A stretch of DNA of 64,000 bases from positions 13,288,813 through 13,352,812 of the forward strand of contig CM119264.1 in assembly GCA_051294375.1 (NCBI GenBank), read 5' to 3'. Under the pieces are notes generated by a model. It worked only from the letters and a program-made list of their open reading frames with translations. It had not been told where the DNA came from and did no database searches. Origin of the DNA: Paraspadella gotoi (lineage: Eukaryota; Animalia; Chaetognatha). This document shows positions 25,832 through 64,000 of the stretch, in pieces. The translations under genes were made by a program, and so were the position numbers. Positions within the stretch are counted from its first letter, which is position 1. Every line of letters starts with the position of its first letter.

Positions 25832-26812
25832 TTTCTGTGAATCGAGGTGACAGGAGAAGTGATTCCAACGTCGAATTTTCTTCCCCTTTTTAAATGACGT
25901 CGTTCATCACGAGATCCTTAACTTCTTTTCTTTTCTTCCTTTGCTTCTTCTTCTTATTCGAAATTTTTCAGCTACTCTTCTTTCTTTAAATAGAACTTTG
26001 CTTAAATTTTCTTTTATTAGGTATCTTCTTGTCTCTATTTACTTCGAAACACAAGTATTCAATAAAATTTTCTTTATTGTAATCATCGCGATTTATGCAC
26101 CCAATGTATTAAGACGCCTGTCAGTTTATTTGTTTCTCTACTTGCCTATAATGCCTAAGGATTATGTTTGAGCCACTTTAAGTTGACAAAATCCGTGATA
26201 TAGCGGTATATATTAACGATTGTATTCATAAAAAACCATTAATGTCATTAAGCCGCCCTGATCGAACGCAGCGAAGCCTACGACGATAATGACGAAGTCG
26301 ATGACTTAACAACAACGACGACGACGACGACGACGACGACAATGACGAAAACCGTTTTTCTTCCCGAATTCCGAGAAAAGAAGTTTATATTCTTTCGGCG
26401 AAATCGATTTTTGAAGAAAATGGATTTCGTTCCTCTAATAATTCACTCGCACGGCAGCTGTCGACACCTGCTTTTATGAACCACAATATCGGTATCTCAG
26501 CTGATGTTGTTAATGTATTGAGCCGATATCTCTCTCTCTCTCTCTCCTCTCCTCTCTCTCTCCTCTCCTCTTCTCTCCTCCTCTTTCCTCTCTCCTCTCT
26601 CTCCTCTCTCATCTTTCCCTTCCTCTCTCTCACTCGTCTCCTTCTCGCTTCCTCTATCTCTCTCTCTCTTCCCCTCCTCGCTCCTCTGTCTTTCTCTCCT
26701 ACGTCTCCATCTCCTCGTCATCTTATCTCCTTCCCTCTCTCTTTTCCTCCCATCTTCCTCCTTCACTCCCACGTTCATAAAGCATGACATTTTTTTTGTT
26801 TCTCTTTCGCAG

Positions 26813-26934
26813 ACGAATATAAAAACGGTTCGACGTCAAAAAAAGGACCAAAAATTAACTTGGAAGCGGAAAAAAAGAGATAAAGACCAAAAAAAAGGCA
26901 AAGGAAAAAAGAAAGAAAAATAAAAGGAAAAAAG
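26813..26934 (+). other. Probable 5' UTR part of coding exon 1 (implies an upstream non-coding exon)
   Basis: Strong acceptor TTTTTTTGTTTCTCTTTCGCAG| with AG at 26811-26812. The in-frame stop at 26881 makes this segment non-coding in the gene frame. Confidence 0.5.
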
Positions 26935-58707
<31,773 letters not shown>

Positions 58708-59097
58708 CCGGCCTTGCGGTGCCACGCCCCCTTCCCTCCGCTCTTCCCCTTCACGTTTTGCTGTGCCGAGTCTTCACCCCGCGCTCTCCTTCTTTCATCT
58801 CGTCTTATCGCTGGGCTGCTGCTGCTGCTGCTTCTGTAGCTGCTGCCCCGTTGCAATCCGCGACGCCGCTCTCTAAACTTTTTGACTCTTTGGCGCCGCG
58901 TCGTCTCCTTTCCTTCCAGCCGGACGCGGATGCTGCGGTTCGGAAAGAGACATTTAACTGTGACTCTTTTAACGTCCACTTTTTAGTTGGAAAAAAAAAT
59001 TGGTATTGGGAAATTTTTCTTACTAATGTTTGCTTCATAAAATTCTACCATAATAGTAAAAAAATTTTTTTGAGAGTAATACAAAGAGAGAGTGAGA

Positions 59098-64000
<4,903 letters not shown>

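Overview
Eukaryotic (invertebrate-like animal) genomic scaffold. It has AT-rich, microsatellite-dense non-coding DNA with abundant CpG and many N gaps. Nearly all ORFs in the supplied track are translations of simple repeats or gaps. The one well-supported gene is a + strand type I membrane protein of the immunoglobulin superfamily with 11 coding exons (CDS 26935..58707, 2199 nt, 732 aa from the first ATG). All 10 introns are GT-AG with matching phases. The architecture is: long basic leader/signal segment, a putative Arg-rich prosegment, a compact V/I-like Ig domain, a CD80-like C2 Ig domain with an extra Cys pair, two duplicated atypical Ig-like domains lacking the F-strand Cys, a poly-Gly stalk, a TM helix and a 56-aa Tyr-free tail. 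An in-frame, stop-free last intron would add a YMN motif if retained. The large inverted and direct duplications (about 1.6-6.7 kb, 14.7-19.3 kb, 59.2-64 kb) all abut exactly-25-N gaps and differ by small indels, so they are most likely long-read gap-filling artefacts. There are weaker hints of a damaged minus-strand gene in the first 10 kb and of two motif clusters (nuclear-receptor half-sites at about 15.5 kb; CRE/ETS/YY1 at about 31.2 kb). No rRNA, tRNA, CRISPR or intact transposon ORF was recognised. Species and orthologue cannot be assigned from the sequence alone.
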